A DNA stretch of 25,822 nt from an uncultured virus (IMG/VR IMGVR_UViG_2806310815_000005). Its lineage: Duplodnaviria > Heunggongvirae > Uroviricota > Caudoviricetes. The position numbers and the translations under genes are program-made. The notes under the pieces are model-generated. The model had not been told where the DNA came from and made no database searches. It worked only from the letters and a program-made list of their open reading frames with translations. Below are positions 9,662-17,198 of this stretch, piece by piece (position 1 is the first letter of the stretch; every line of letters begins with the position of its first letter). Where the stretch lies: IMG/VR virus record IMGVR_UViG_2806310815_000005. One strand, 5' to 3'.

Positions 9662-11335
9662 ATGGGTGTAAAAGTAACCACAAAAGACTTTATTGAAAAA
9701 GCAAAAATAGTTCACAGAGATAAATATGACTATTCTAAAGTTGTATATGTTAAATCTTCTCAAAAAGTTGTAGTGATATGCAAAGATCACGGAGAGTTTG
9801 AGATAACTCCTAACAAACATTTAGGTGGAGGTGATTGTCAAAAGTGTGCTGCTATAAGCAGAGCAAAAAACAAAATAAAGGAGGCATCTGATAGATTTGT
9901 AAAAGAGTCTAAAGAAACTCACGGTAACAAATACGACTACTCTAAAGCAGACTATAAAAAAGCTAAAAAGAAAGTGGAAATAATCTGCAAAGAACACGGA
10001 TCTTTTTGGCAAACACCTGATTCTCACAAAGGAGGCAATGGATGTCCTAAATGTGGTGATAAAAGGTCAGCCAATGCAAAATTAAAATCAACAGAACAGT
10101 TTATACAAGAAGCGAAAGAAGTTAATGGCGACATTTATGATTACAGTAAAGTTAATTATACAGGTCAAAATGGTAAGGTTACTCTTATTTGCCCCACCCA
10201 CGGTGAATTTAAAAAAGAAGCATATAGACACCTACAAGGAGAGGGTTGTCAAAAATGTAGTAGAGAAAAAGGGTCACGTACTACAGAAGAATTTATAGAA
10301 AAGTCAGTAGAACTTTATGGGAATTTAGACTCTTATGATAAAGTAGACTATATAAACAGTATTAAAAAGGTTTTAATCAAATGTAATAAGCATAACACTT
10401 ATCACGAGACCTCACCAGGAAATTATTTAGCAGGCCATAGATGCCCTACTTGCGGATTAGAGAACTCTACAAACTTTCAATCAAAAGCGGAATTAGAGAT
10501 AAAAAACTTTATATCACAGTATGAAAAAACTAAAGGTAGTGTTAAAAGTTTAGTTAAAGGTAGTGAATTAGATATTGTTATTAAATCTAAAAAATTAGCA
10601 GTAGAGTACGACGGACTGTATTGGCACAGTGATAAGTTTAAACCTAAAAAGTACCATTTAGATAAAACAGAAAAATGCTTAGATCTGGGATATCAACTAA
10701 TACACATTTTTAGTGATGAGTGGCACAATAAAAAAGATATTGTAAAGTCTAGATTAAAAAATATTATAGGTTATAATGATAACAGAATTTATGCGAGAAA
10801 GTGTGAAATAAAAGAAGTAGATAGCAAGGACTCTATGAAGTTTTTAGAAGAGAACCATATACAAGGTAAATTAGGTGGTACGTATAAGATAGGACTTTAC
10901 TATAATGATGAACTAGTTAGTCTTATGACTTTTGGAAATTTACGCAAGAATATGGGCAGAATTAAAAAAGAAGGTGTTTACGAGCTTCTAAGATTTTGTA
11001 ATTTAAAAAATACTTCTGTTATAGGAGGAGCATCTAAACTATTAACCTATTTTGAAAAAAATTACCAACCAAAAGAAATAATTTCTTATGCCGATTTAAG
11101 ATGGAGTAAAGGGGATTTATACGAGACTCTTGGTTTTAAATTAGAACATAAAACAAAACCTAATTATTTTTATATTAAAGGTAAGAAAAGAGAAAATAGA
11201 TTTAAATACAGAAAATCAGAATTGGTAAAAGAAGGATTTGATAAGAATAAGTCGGAAAGGGAAATAATGGAGGAAAGAGGTTACAGTAGAATATATGACT
11301 GTGGTTCTTTACTTTATACTAAAAAATTATTTTAG
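9662..11335 (+). CDS. Free-standing Hef-like homing endonuclease: 4 Zn-binding repeats, Vsr/DUF559-type nuclease and C-terminal GNAT/Mom-like domain
   Basis: Four repeats of about 60 aa (F....K..H...YDYSK..Y....KV...CxxH..F....H..G..CxxC). Nuclease motifs S..E, ELDI and AVEYDGLYWHS. C-terminal IYARKC, YELLRFC, GGASKLL, SYADLRWS.G.LY..LGF. Confidence 0.75.
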   Translation: MGVKVTTKDFIEKAKIVHRDKYDYSKVVYVKSSQKVVVICKDHGEFEITPNKHLGGGDCQKCAAISRAKNKIKEASDRFVKESKETHGNKYDYSKADYKKAKKKVEIICKEHGSFWQTPDSHKGGNGCPKCGDKRSANAKLKSTEQFIQEAKEVNGDIYDYSKVNYTGQNGKVTLICPTHGEFKKEAYRHLQGEGCQKCSREKGSRTTEEFIEKSVELYGNLDSYDKVDYINSIKKVLIKCNKHNTYHETSPGNYLAGHRCPTCGLENSTNFQSKAELEIKNFISQYEKTKGSVKSLVKGSELDIVIKSKKLAVEYDGLYWHSDKFKPKKYHLDKTEKCLDLGYQLIHIFSDEWHNKKDIVKSRLKNIIGYNDNRIYARKCEIKEVDSKDSMKFLEENHIQGKLGGTYKIGLYYNDELVSLMTFGNLRKNMGRIKKEGVYELLRFCNLKNTSVIGGASKLLTYFEKNYQPKEIISYADLRWSKGDLYETLGFKLEHKTKPNYFYIKGKKRENRFKYRKSELVKEGFDKNKSEREIMEERGYSRIYDCGSLLYTKKLF

Positions 11336-11346
11336 AACCTAATTAT

Positions 11347-11388
11347 ATTTTAGCGTTTTTTATAATAGGAATTTTGTACATATATTTG
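11347..11388 (+). promoter_or_regulatory. Probable Bacteroidota-type promoter upstream of the post-MCP structural genes
   Basis: -7 box TATATTTG at 11381-11388 in an intergenic region, with the same ACATATATTTG context as 6607-6617. The -33 element is poor. ATTTTAGC at 11347. Confidence 0.6.
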
Positions 11389-11413
11389 CTGAGTATAAAA
11401 ACCAAACCATACA

Positions 11414-12373
11414 ATGTCAAAACAAGAATTAGTAGAGCTAAAAATACCTGGCACTACAGGTAGTATAAAAATAGGTAATATTTACACAGTATCTCCAAAA
11501 GCAGACGGAGAATCTATCTTGACTTACGAAGGTCAAGGATTAGCAAAACCTATCGACCCCGAATTAAATACGTTAGTTAACCCACCTTTTAATGTTGATA
11601 TGGGTGTATGGGACTTAGGATTCCACGAACACTCTCCTTGTTTAAACGGTATGGATGATACTACTAAAAAAGCTCACTTAGCAAAAGTTAAAAAGTACAT
11701 TGTAGAACCTGTTGAAAATATTAAAGGAGAAGGGTTTTTAGATCACAAATCTACTAATAAAAACCTTGATGATTGGATGATTAACCTAGCAGTAGGTAAT
11801 TACTTTGATACAAACAAGCCGCTCCACTTATTCTCTTTATATGCTGCAATGTTAGGTAAAGAACTTGCTCCTAAAGAACAAGAGACAAACCCTATCTACA
11901 GAAAAGCACAATTCTGTGTTGAAAATAAGGAGAACGAAGTAAATATAAAACAAAACAGAGCTTTCAATAAAAGTAAAGCTATTGGACAGTTCCACCAACT
12001 TCTAGAAACAGATCGTAAACACTTATATGCTGTTTTAAACTACCTTGGGATTGCCGCTTCTAAATCTACACCTGACCACACATTGAATAGTTTATTTGAG
12101 CGTTGGTTAGATAACTACAAAGTAAAAGATACAGGAGAAGAGTTCGTAAACAAGACTAAATATTTTGTAACTGAAAAAGGAAAAGAAGAACTTTATTTAT
12201 ATCAACAGTTAGAAGATTTAGTTAAAAAAGGTACTATAAAACATATTAATAAGTCTTTCTATTTAGACGGAGAAGATTTAGGTACACATTTAAAAACTAT
12301 TGCTTCTCAAATTGTAGAGGATGATATTAAAAAAGAGCAGATTTTAGAAATGCATATGGCTCTTGATAAATAA
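11414..12373 (+). CDS. Conserved capsid-block protein of unknown function (post-MCP gene of crAss-like phages)
   Basis: 319-aa ORF in the position normally adjacent to the MCP gene. Assignment is by synteny only. Confidence 0.55.
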   Translation: MSKQELVELKIPGTTGSIKIGNIYTVSPKADGESILTYEGQGLAKPIDPELNTLVNPPFNVDMGVWDLGFHEHSPCLNGMDDTTKKAHLAKVKKYIVEPVENIKGEGFLDHKSTNKNLDDWMINLAVGNYFDTNKPLHLFSLYAAMLGKELAPKEQETNPIYRKAQFCVENKENEVNIKQNRAFNKSKAIGQFHQLLETDRKHLYAVLNYLGIAASKSTPDHTLNSLFERWLDNYKVKDTGEEFVNKTKYFVTEKGKEELYLYQQLEDLVKKGTIKHINKSFYLDGEDLGTHLKTIASQIVEDDIKKEQILEMHMALDK

Positions 12374-12379
12374 TGATAA

Positions 12380-13042
12380 ATGCTTCCAGAGATAGCCTAC
12401 CAAAAGTTTATTGTAAAAATAAACAAAAACGCACAGACAGATAACATATCTTGTGATAAAGGTAGGTTTGTACTGCTCTATAATGAGAATCAGAATAAGA
12501 TTATAGAGCAGATACTCGAAGATAAGTCAGACGATGATTTAAGATACATAGAAAAACTACTAGTATCAAATGCAGAATTATTATCTTCTGATTTTAAATT
12601 TAATTCCCAGCTTTTTAAATTACCGACAAACTTTTTTGATCATTCTACACTATTTGGTTATGCAACTTGCGAAGTTTGCGAAGAGCCTCAAAAAATAGAT
12701 TTATTTGAAATAAAAGCTGATAATGAGAATTTTATATTAAGTGACGAACATAACAGACCGTCTTTTAATTGGAGAGAAGCTCCTTACTACTTCTCTGAAA
12801 ACAAAGTAAAAGTATTCACAGACAACTTCACTTTTACAAAATTACTACTTACCTATTATAGATATCCAACGCAGATATCTTTACAGAACTCGGAAGACCC
12901 CGAATCTGATTTCACAGATACGCAAATAGAGCTCGACGATAAAATAGTCGATAGAATAATTTCTCTGGCTGCCTCAGACTTTGAACTCAACAACAATAAT
13001 CAAAAATTTCAAGCTGATATAGTTAGAGCAAAACAAAAATAA
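12380..13042 (+). CDS. Putative head-tail connector / tail ring protein
   Basis: 220 aa with an N-terminal helix pair, a beta-rich middle and a C-terminal YYRYP...IELDDKIVDRIISLAA pattern, as seen in P22 gp4-like/crAss ring proteins. Supported by synteny. Confidence 0.55.
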   Translation: MLPEIAYQKFIVKINKNAQTDNISCDKGRFVLLYNENQNKIIEQILEDKSDDDLRYIEKLLVSNAELLSSDFKFNSQLFKLPTNFFDHSTLFGYATCEVCEEPQKIDLFEIKADNENFILSDEHNRPSFNWREAPYYFSENKVKVFTDNFTFTKLLLTYYRYPTQISLQNSEDPESDFTDTQIELDDKIVDRIISLAASDFELNNNNQKFQADIVRAKQK

Positions 13043-13079
13043 ACAATCAATCTTTTTAAATTAAACAAATTAGTAAATT

Positions 13080-15194
13080 ATGTACAACAAATTAGATGAC
13101 CACTTTGTAATCAATTCGGTGGCAACAACAGGGGGTTCTTTGAACCTTGCTAATGGTACTTTCGCTGTAGTAGACTATGACGGTCAACCAACAGCAAACG
13201 GGCTTAAAATCCTTAGTGATTTTAGCGGTCTAGCAAAAGACAGACGGGTTCAGTTTCGTTTAGGTCGTCCAGACTTAGCAATTAACAGAAGTCAAGGTAA
13301 CAAAGCTGACGCTACACTACCATTTAAAATTTCAGATGTAAAAGGAATTCGTGTTTCTGCACCTGAAAAAGGTATTTCCGTAGATCATATGATTTTAGGA
13401 TACGATGGTTTTAATGCATCTTCTGCAATTGTATTAGAAGAAGGAGCTACCGAGAAAATTTCAATTACTCTTAGTGGAGAGATTATCGGAGACTTAGGTT
13501 ATGAGGATTCTCAATACACTATTGAAGAAACTCTTATTGCACCTTACGGAGCAAAAGCAACAGACCAAACAGAAGCAGATGCAGGAGCTTGGACTGATCA
13601 AGAGGTAGTAGAAGATTTAGTAGAACGTCTAAAGAACTACGAACTTTTAGGTAAAGTACCTCTTAGTAATTACGTAGATATTTCTCCTGTAAACAGTAAT
13701 AACCCAGAAACAGAACCTGACACTACAGACGCAGTTTATTACAATGTAGAAGTAGTTGATGAGGGAACTTACTCTGATATAGGTAAAGTGCAAGCACAAT
13801 ATCCTAACTTAAAAGTAGTACGTACAGATAGAACATCAGACACTTCTACTTACACTGTTGTAGCACCAAAAGAAATTATCACAGCAGGAGATTTTGTAAC
13901 AGGACAAGAGTACGTTATTGAGTCAGCAGGTTCAACAGACTTTACTGCCATAGGCGCAGCAGATAGCAATGCAGGCACACGTTTTACAGCAACTGGTGCA
14001 GGAACAGGAACAGGAACAGTATATGTAGTACCTATAGGAGAATACACTGTAAATAAAGCTTGGAAAGTAAAAGGTTGTGCAGATTGCCCAACAGGTTATT
14101 CTGAGTATGAAGACGGTTTTGTATACTCTGTAAGTGTAGAAGACGATGGAGCAGATTCAACAGCAACAGTAGAAGGAATTTCTTCTAATGCAGTGGCAGA
14201 CTCAGCAGTTAAGGTAGGTCAAAACGAAGGTTTCAGTACTTATACAGTAGTTGTTTCTCAAGAACTTACTCAAGCAGAAATCGACGCTTTTGTAGCATCG
14301 GACGAATCAGCAGTAGTAAAACTTGTTTCTCGTGATGTAGCTGAGGTTTGTTCACCAGATAATTCGACTTCTTATACTTGGACTGTTGGAGATACTTGCT
14401 CTGTAAAACAAGAGACTTACAGCATTATAGTACCTCACGATGAATGTGGTTCACCAAAGACATCGGAACTTCAAGCAGCTTACCCTGAATTAACTATTAC
14501 AACAGGATCTACAGCTAATTGTTCAACTCAGTACACTACCACTGTAAACACAAGCATTGTTTGTGAAGAGTGTAGTGAACAATTCAGAGACTTATTTACT
14601 TCTGAACCACCTGCTCCTTTTGGAATCCATACTTGGAAAAAGGCAGATAAAACTTATGATTTTGATGCTTTAATGGGAATTCGTCTAAAAGGTAAAGAGT
14701 ATATCTTAGCAGGAAGCGAAGAGTACCGAGATGAAATGCCTTTCTTTGCCAGTTCAGTTAGAATTAGTATCTCAGGAGGTTATTCAACCTACACTTCTCA
14801 ATCTTTCAATACAGGAAGTACAGCAGGACGTTATCCAGTAACTGTGCTAAGTATTGCCAGTGAGCCTGAGAATTGGGGAGGAAATCTTCAAGAGTGGGAA
14901 GAAAGATCTCGTACTCGTTTCGACGGAACTACAAGATTACACGGGAATAACTACGGTAAATGGGTTCTTGGCCAAGAGTCAAGATTAAAACAAACTGAGC
15001 CTTACGTAGATTATATCGTAGAGATTGAAGTAGCAAACGGAGGACGATTCTTTATGAACACTATTTCTGAGAAGTACCACCAACACATTGTAGTTGAACC
15101 AGGTCTTCACCAAGAAGTAGAATCTATACTAAACAGTTTAGCCGCAGCCGCAGGTGTAGCACCAGTACAAGCTTACGGTAAAACAGCAGTATAA
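13080..15194 (+). CDS. Large virion structural protein (704 aa), possibly an auxiliary capsid/decoration protein
   Basis: Thr/Ser/Gly/Val-rich and beta-rich, with internal repeats and several Cys pairs. It is the last gene before a terminator, like the MCP gene, which suggests high expression. Confidence 0.55.
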   Translation: MYNKLDDHFVINSVATTGGSLNLANGTFAVVDYDGQPTANGLKILSDFSGLAKDRRVQFRLGRPDLAINRSQGNKADATLPFKISDVKGIRVSAPEKGISVDHMILGYDGFNASSAIVLEEGATEKISITLSGEIIGDLGYEDSQYTIEETLIAPYGAKATDQTEADAGAWTDQEVVEDLVERLKNYELLGKVPLSNYVDISPVNSNNPETEPDTTDAVYYNVEVVDEGTYSDIGKVQAQYPNLKVVRTDRTSDTSTYTVVAPKEIITAGDFVTGQEYVIESAGSTDFTAIGAADSNAGTRFTATGAGTGTGTVYVVPIGEYTVNKAWKVKGCADCPTGYSEYEDGFVYSVSVEDDGADSTATVEGISSNAVADSAVKVGQNEGFSTYTVVVSQELTQAEIDAFVASDESAVVKLVSRDVAEVCSPDNSTSYTWTVGDTCSVKQETYSIIVPHDECGSPKTSELQAAYPELTITTGSTANCSTQYTTTVNTSIVCEECSEQFRDLFTSEPPAPFGIHTWKKADKTYDFDALMGIRLKGKEYILAGSEEYRDEMPFFASSVRISISGGYSTYTSQSFNTGSTAGRYPVTVLSIASEPENWGGNLQEWEERSRTRFDGTTRLHGNNYGKWVLGQESRLKQTEPYVDYIVEIEVANGGRFFMNTISEKYHQHIVVEPGLHQEVESILNSLAAAAGVAPVQAYGKTAV

Positions 15195-15216
15195 TTTAAA
15201 CAATCACTAACCAACT

Positions 15217-15256
15217 AAAGGGGATAAGGCAATCGAGTCTCATCCCCTTTTATTTT
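15217..15256 (+). terminator. Rho-independent terminator between the structural and lysis genes
   Basis: Stem AAAGGGGAT-A-AGGC / GTCT-C-ATCCCCTTT (one A.C mismatch, one G-U pair), loop AATCGA, interrupted T-tract (TTTTATTTT). Confidence 0.8.
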
Positions 15257-15260
15257 AAAT

Positions 15261-15268
15261 AAAGGAGG
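15261..15268 (+). promoter_or_regulatory. Strong Shine-Dalgarno-like sequence AAAGGAGG
   Basis: Ends 8 nt upstream of the ATG at 15277. It is the only such element I found ahead of any start codon in the window. Confidence 0.65.
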
Positions 15269-15276
15269 AGAGAAAA

Positions 15277-15594
15277 ATGCCCCAAGATCAGCAAGACCAA
15301 ATAGAATATTTAAAAAAAGAGTTAGGGGAATTAAAGCAGCATTTGAATGAGATACTGTCTCAAAGTAAAAGGTTAATATTCTTAATGGATAATGACGAAG
15401 CTACTGGAAGAAAAGGCTTATTTCAAGATGTAGAGGCAAACAAAAAAGCGATACAGGCTTTAGAGGAAAGAATTACAAGAGTAGAACATAAAGCCGAAAC
15501 AAAAGACAAAGTTGAAAAAACTATAATTGCTTTAGTAGGTTTTGTAGCTAGTTTCGTTTTCTGGCTTATTCAAAATTATATATTCCCTAAATAA
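15277..15594 (+). CDS. Coiled-coil protein with a single C-terminal TM helix (XhlA/holin-like lysis accessory)
   Basis: Heptad-rich N-terminus and hydrophobic C-terminus IIALVGFVASFVFWLI. First gene of the lysis cluster. Confidence 0.55.
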   Translation: MPQDQQDQIEYLKKELGELKQHLNEILSQSKRLIFLMDNDEATGRKGLFQDVEANKKAIQALEERITRVEHKAETKDKVEKTIIALVGFVASFVFWLIQNYIFPK

Positions 15595-15992
15595 TGAGTA
15601 ACATAACTAAAGATATACAATACATAAGTAGTAAGATTGACAAATTCATAGAGGTTAAAAATGGTTATAAAATAACAAGAGAAAATTTTAACTTGAATAA
15701 AGACAGTTCGAGAATACATATAAAAGAAGATAGGAACGTATACTGCGAAATAATATCAAATAACGAAAAAGAGACTGTATTCTTTTGTAAAAGTAATAAT
15801 GCTGAATATATAGAGCAACACGAACACCCAAACTCTATTAAAAAATTTTACATTGTAAGAGGGGAGATTCTTATAAATGGAGTTAGGTGTAAAGAAGGAG
15901 AGCACTATAGACTAGAGAAAGCTACCCAACACGATATATTATACGAAAAAGAAACAGAAGTAATAGTAGTACTAGAACAAAATGAAAAGTAA
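15594..15992 (+). CDS. Cupin-fold protein (132 aa)
   Basis: HEH...FYIVRGEI (cupin motif 1, with the usual Glu apparently absent) and GEHYRLEKATQHDI (motif 2 His). TAATG overlap with the upstream gene. Confidence 0.6.
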   Translation: MSNITKDIQYISSKIDKFIEVKNGYKITRENFNLNKDSSRIHIKEDRNVYCEIISNNEKETVFFCKSNNAEYIEQHEHPNSIKKFYIVRGEILINGVRCKEGEHYRLEKATQHDILYEKETEVIVVLEQNEK

Positions 15993-16299
15993 AACAATTA
16001 TATGGACTTTAATAGGGGTTTTAGTAATACTAACAGCTACTTATTTTATAAAAAAACATTGGTACAGCCAAACAGAGTTTACTAGAAAAGAGTTAGTAAA
16101 AGTTGAAGAAGATGTAGATAGTTTGCAAATAGCTAATGACTCTATACAAGACACACTAAAAATAAGCGAAAAAACTTTAAAAGAACTAGAAGAAGAGAAG
16201 AATAGTCTTATAAGAGATATTGAAATACTAAGACAGCAAAAATCCTTTTTACAAAAAGTGCCTGGTAAGTCCGACATCAAAAAAATAAAATTTAATTAA
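15982..16299 (+). CDS. N-terminal TM + coiled-coil protein (i-spanin-like topology)
   Basis: Basic N-terminus, hydrophobic IIWTLIGVLVILTATYFI, then a long heptad coiled coil. No Cys. Lies in the lysis cluster. Confidence 0.5.
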   Translation: MKSKTIIWTLIGVLVILTATYFIKKHWYSQTEFTRKELVKVEEDVDSLQIANDSIQDTLKISEKTLKELEEEKNSLIRDIEILRQQKSFLQKVPGKSDIKKIKFN

Positions 16300-16300
16300 T

Positions 16301-16654
16301 ATGTTAAGTGAATATATAGGATATATACCGTATTTTTTAGTTTTTGTATCATTAGGGGTAATGGTAAACCTATTATTTTTCCCTAACGATGATACCTCCA
16401 CTAAACGTATAGCTAGGGAGATATTAGGAGCTTTTTGGGTGTCTTTAATAGTTTTTGCTATAATAGACCAATGGTTTGATTTAAACCTTCTTATAACTCT
16501 TGCATTTTGCTCTTTAGGGGGATTTTTTAATTCTAGAATAATAACTTTTTTAAAGAAAGATTTATTAGAATTTGTTTTAGTTAAGTTAAAAGAACTAGTA
16601 GGCAAGTTTTTTGAGTGGGTTGGAAGTAAATTTAAAAAGAAAGACGATGAATAG
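16301..16654 (+). CDS. Putative holin (three TM segments, charged C-terminal tail)
   Basis: Three hydrophobic stretches and a KFKKKDDE tail. Directly upstream of and overlapping the endolysin gene. Confidence 0.7.
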   Translation: MLSEYIGYIPYFLVFVSLGVMVNLLFFPNDDTSTKRIAREILGAFWVSLIVFAIIDQWFDLNLLITLAFCSLGGFFNSRIITFLKKDLLEFVLVKLKELVGKFFEWVGSKFKKKDDE

Positions 16655-17198
16655 AAAAAAGTTTTTCAGTTTATATAAAGACTTGCTAGATAAAGACAAA
16701 ACGTTAACTCAAAAAGAAGTAGACGCTTTAGACTTATTTTTAGAGATGTATGAGAGAAACAAAGACTATTTCACTATTCCTCAATGGGCTTATGTTTTTG
16801 CAACAGTTTTTCACGAAACAGCTTTTACTTTTGAGCCTGTAAGAGAAGCATTTCATTTATCAGAGAGTTGGAGAGAGAGAAATTTAAGGTATTACCCGTA
16901 TTACGGTAGAGGTTATGTACAACTTACTTGGGATTACAACTATGAAAAGTTTTCTAAGCTAATGAAAATTGATATATTTAATAAACCTGGTTTAGCTATG
17001 CAACCAGAGATTGCATTTATGATATTAATTTATGGTATAAAACACGGAGAGTATACAGGTAGAAGTATAAGTAGATATGTAAATGAAGACAAGAAAGACT
17101 ACAAAAGAGCGCGGTATGTAATAAATGGAACTGACAAAAGGGATATTATAGCAGCATATGCGGTGACTTTTGAAAGTATATTAAAACAAACAGTATAA
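16647..17198 (+). CDS. Endolysin, glycoside hydrolase family 19-like (lysozyme superfamily)
   Basis: AYVFATVFHET, YYGRGYVQLTW..NY and ARYVING motifs. The start was reassigned from TTG 16611 to the in-frame ATG at 16647, which gives an 8-nt overlap with the holin and an A-rich leader. Confidence 0.85.
   Translation: MNRKKFFSLYKDLLDKDKTLTQKEVDALDLFLEMYERNKDYFTIPQWAYVFATVFHETAFTFEPVREAFHLSESWRERNLRYYPYYGRGYVQLTWDYNYEKFSKLMKIDIFNKPGLAMQPEIAFMILIYGIKHGEYTGRSISRYVNEDKKDYKRARYVINGTDKRDIIAAYAVTFESILKQTV

Noticed and set aside
6641..11409. AAAAACCAAACCA downstream of both ACATATATTTG promoters (6641-6653, 11397-11409)
   Set aside because: Low complexity, different distances from the promoter, one copy coding and one non-coding. 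Cannot be distinguished from chance.
14001..14018. (GGAACA)x3 microsatellite as a phase-variation site
   Set aside because: The unit is 6 nt and in frame, encoding GTGTGT. Slippage would not shift the frame, and the protein motif explains it.
16249..16605. 118-aa minus-strand ORF antisense to the holin
   Set aside because: TTG start, lies almost entirely opposite the holin gene, no motif, and no supporting promoter was noticed. Most likely a shadow ORF.
16611..16646. TTG start for the endolysin as given in the ORF track
   Set aside because: It would create a 44-nt overlap with the holin. The in-frame ATG at 16647 has an A-rich leader and the 8-nt overlap seen elsewhere in this window.
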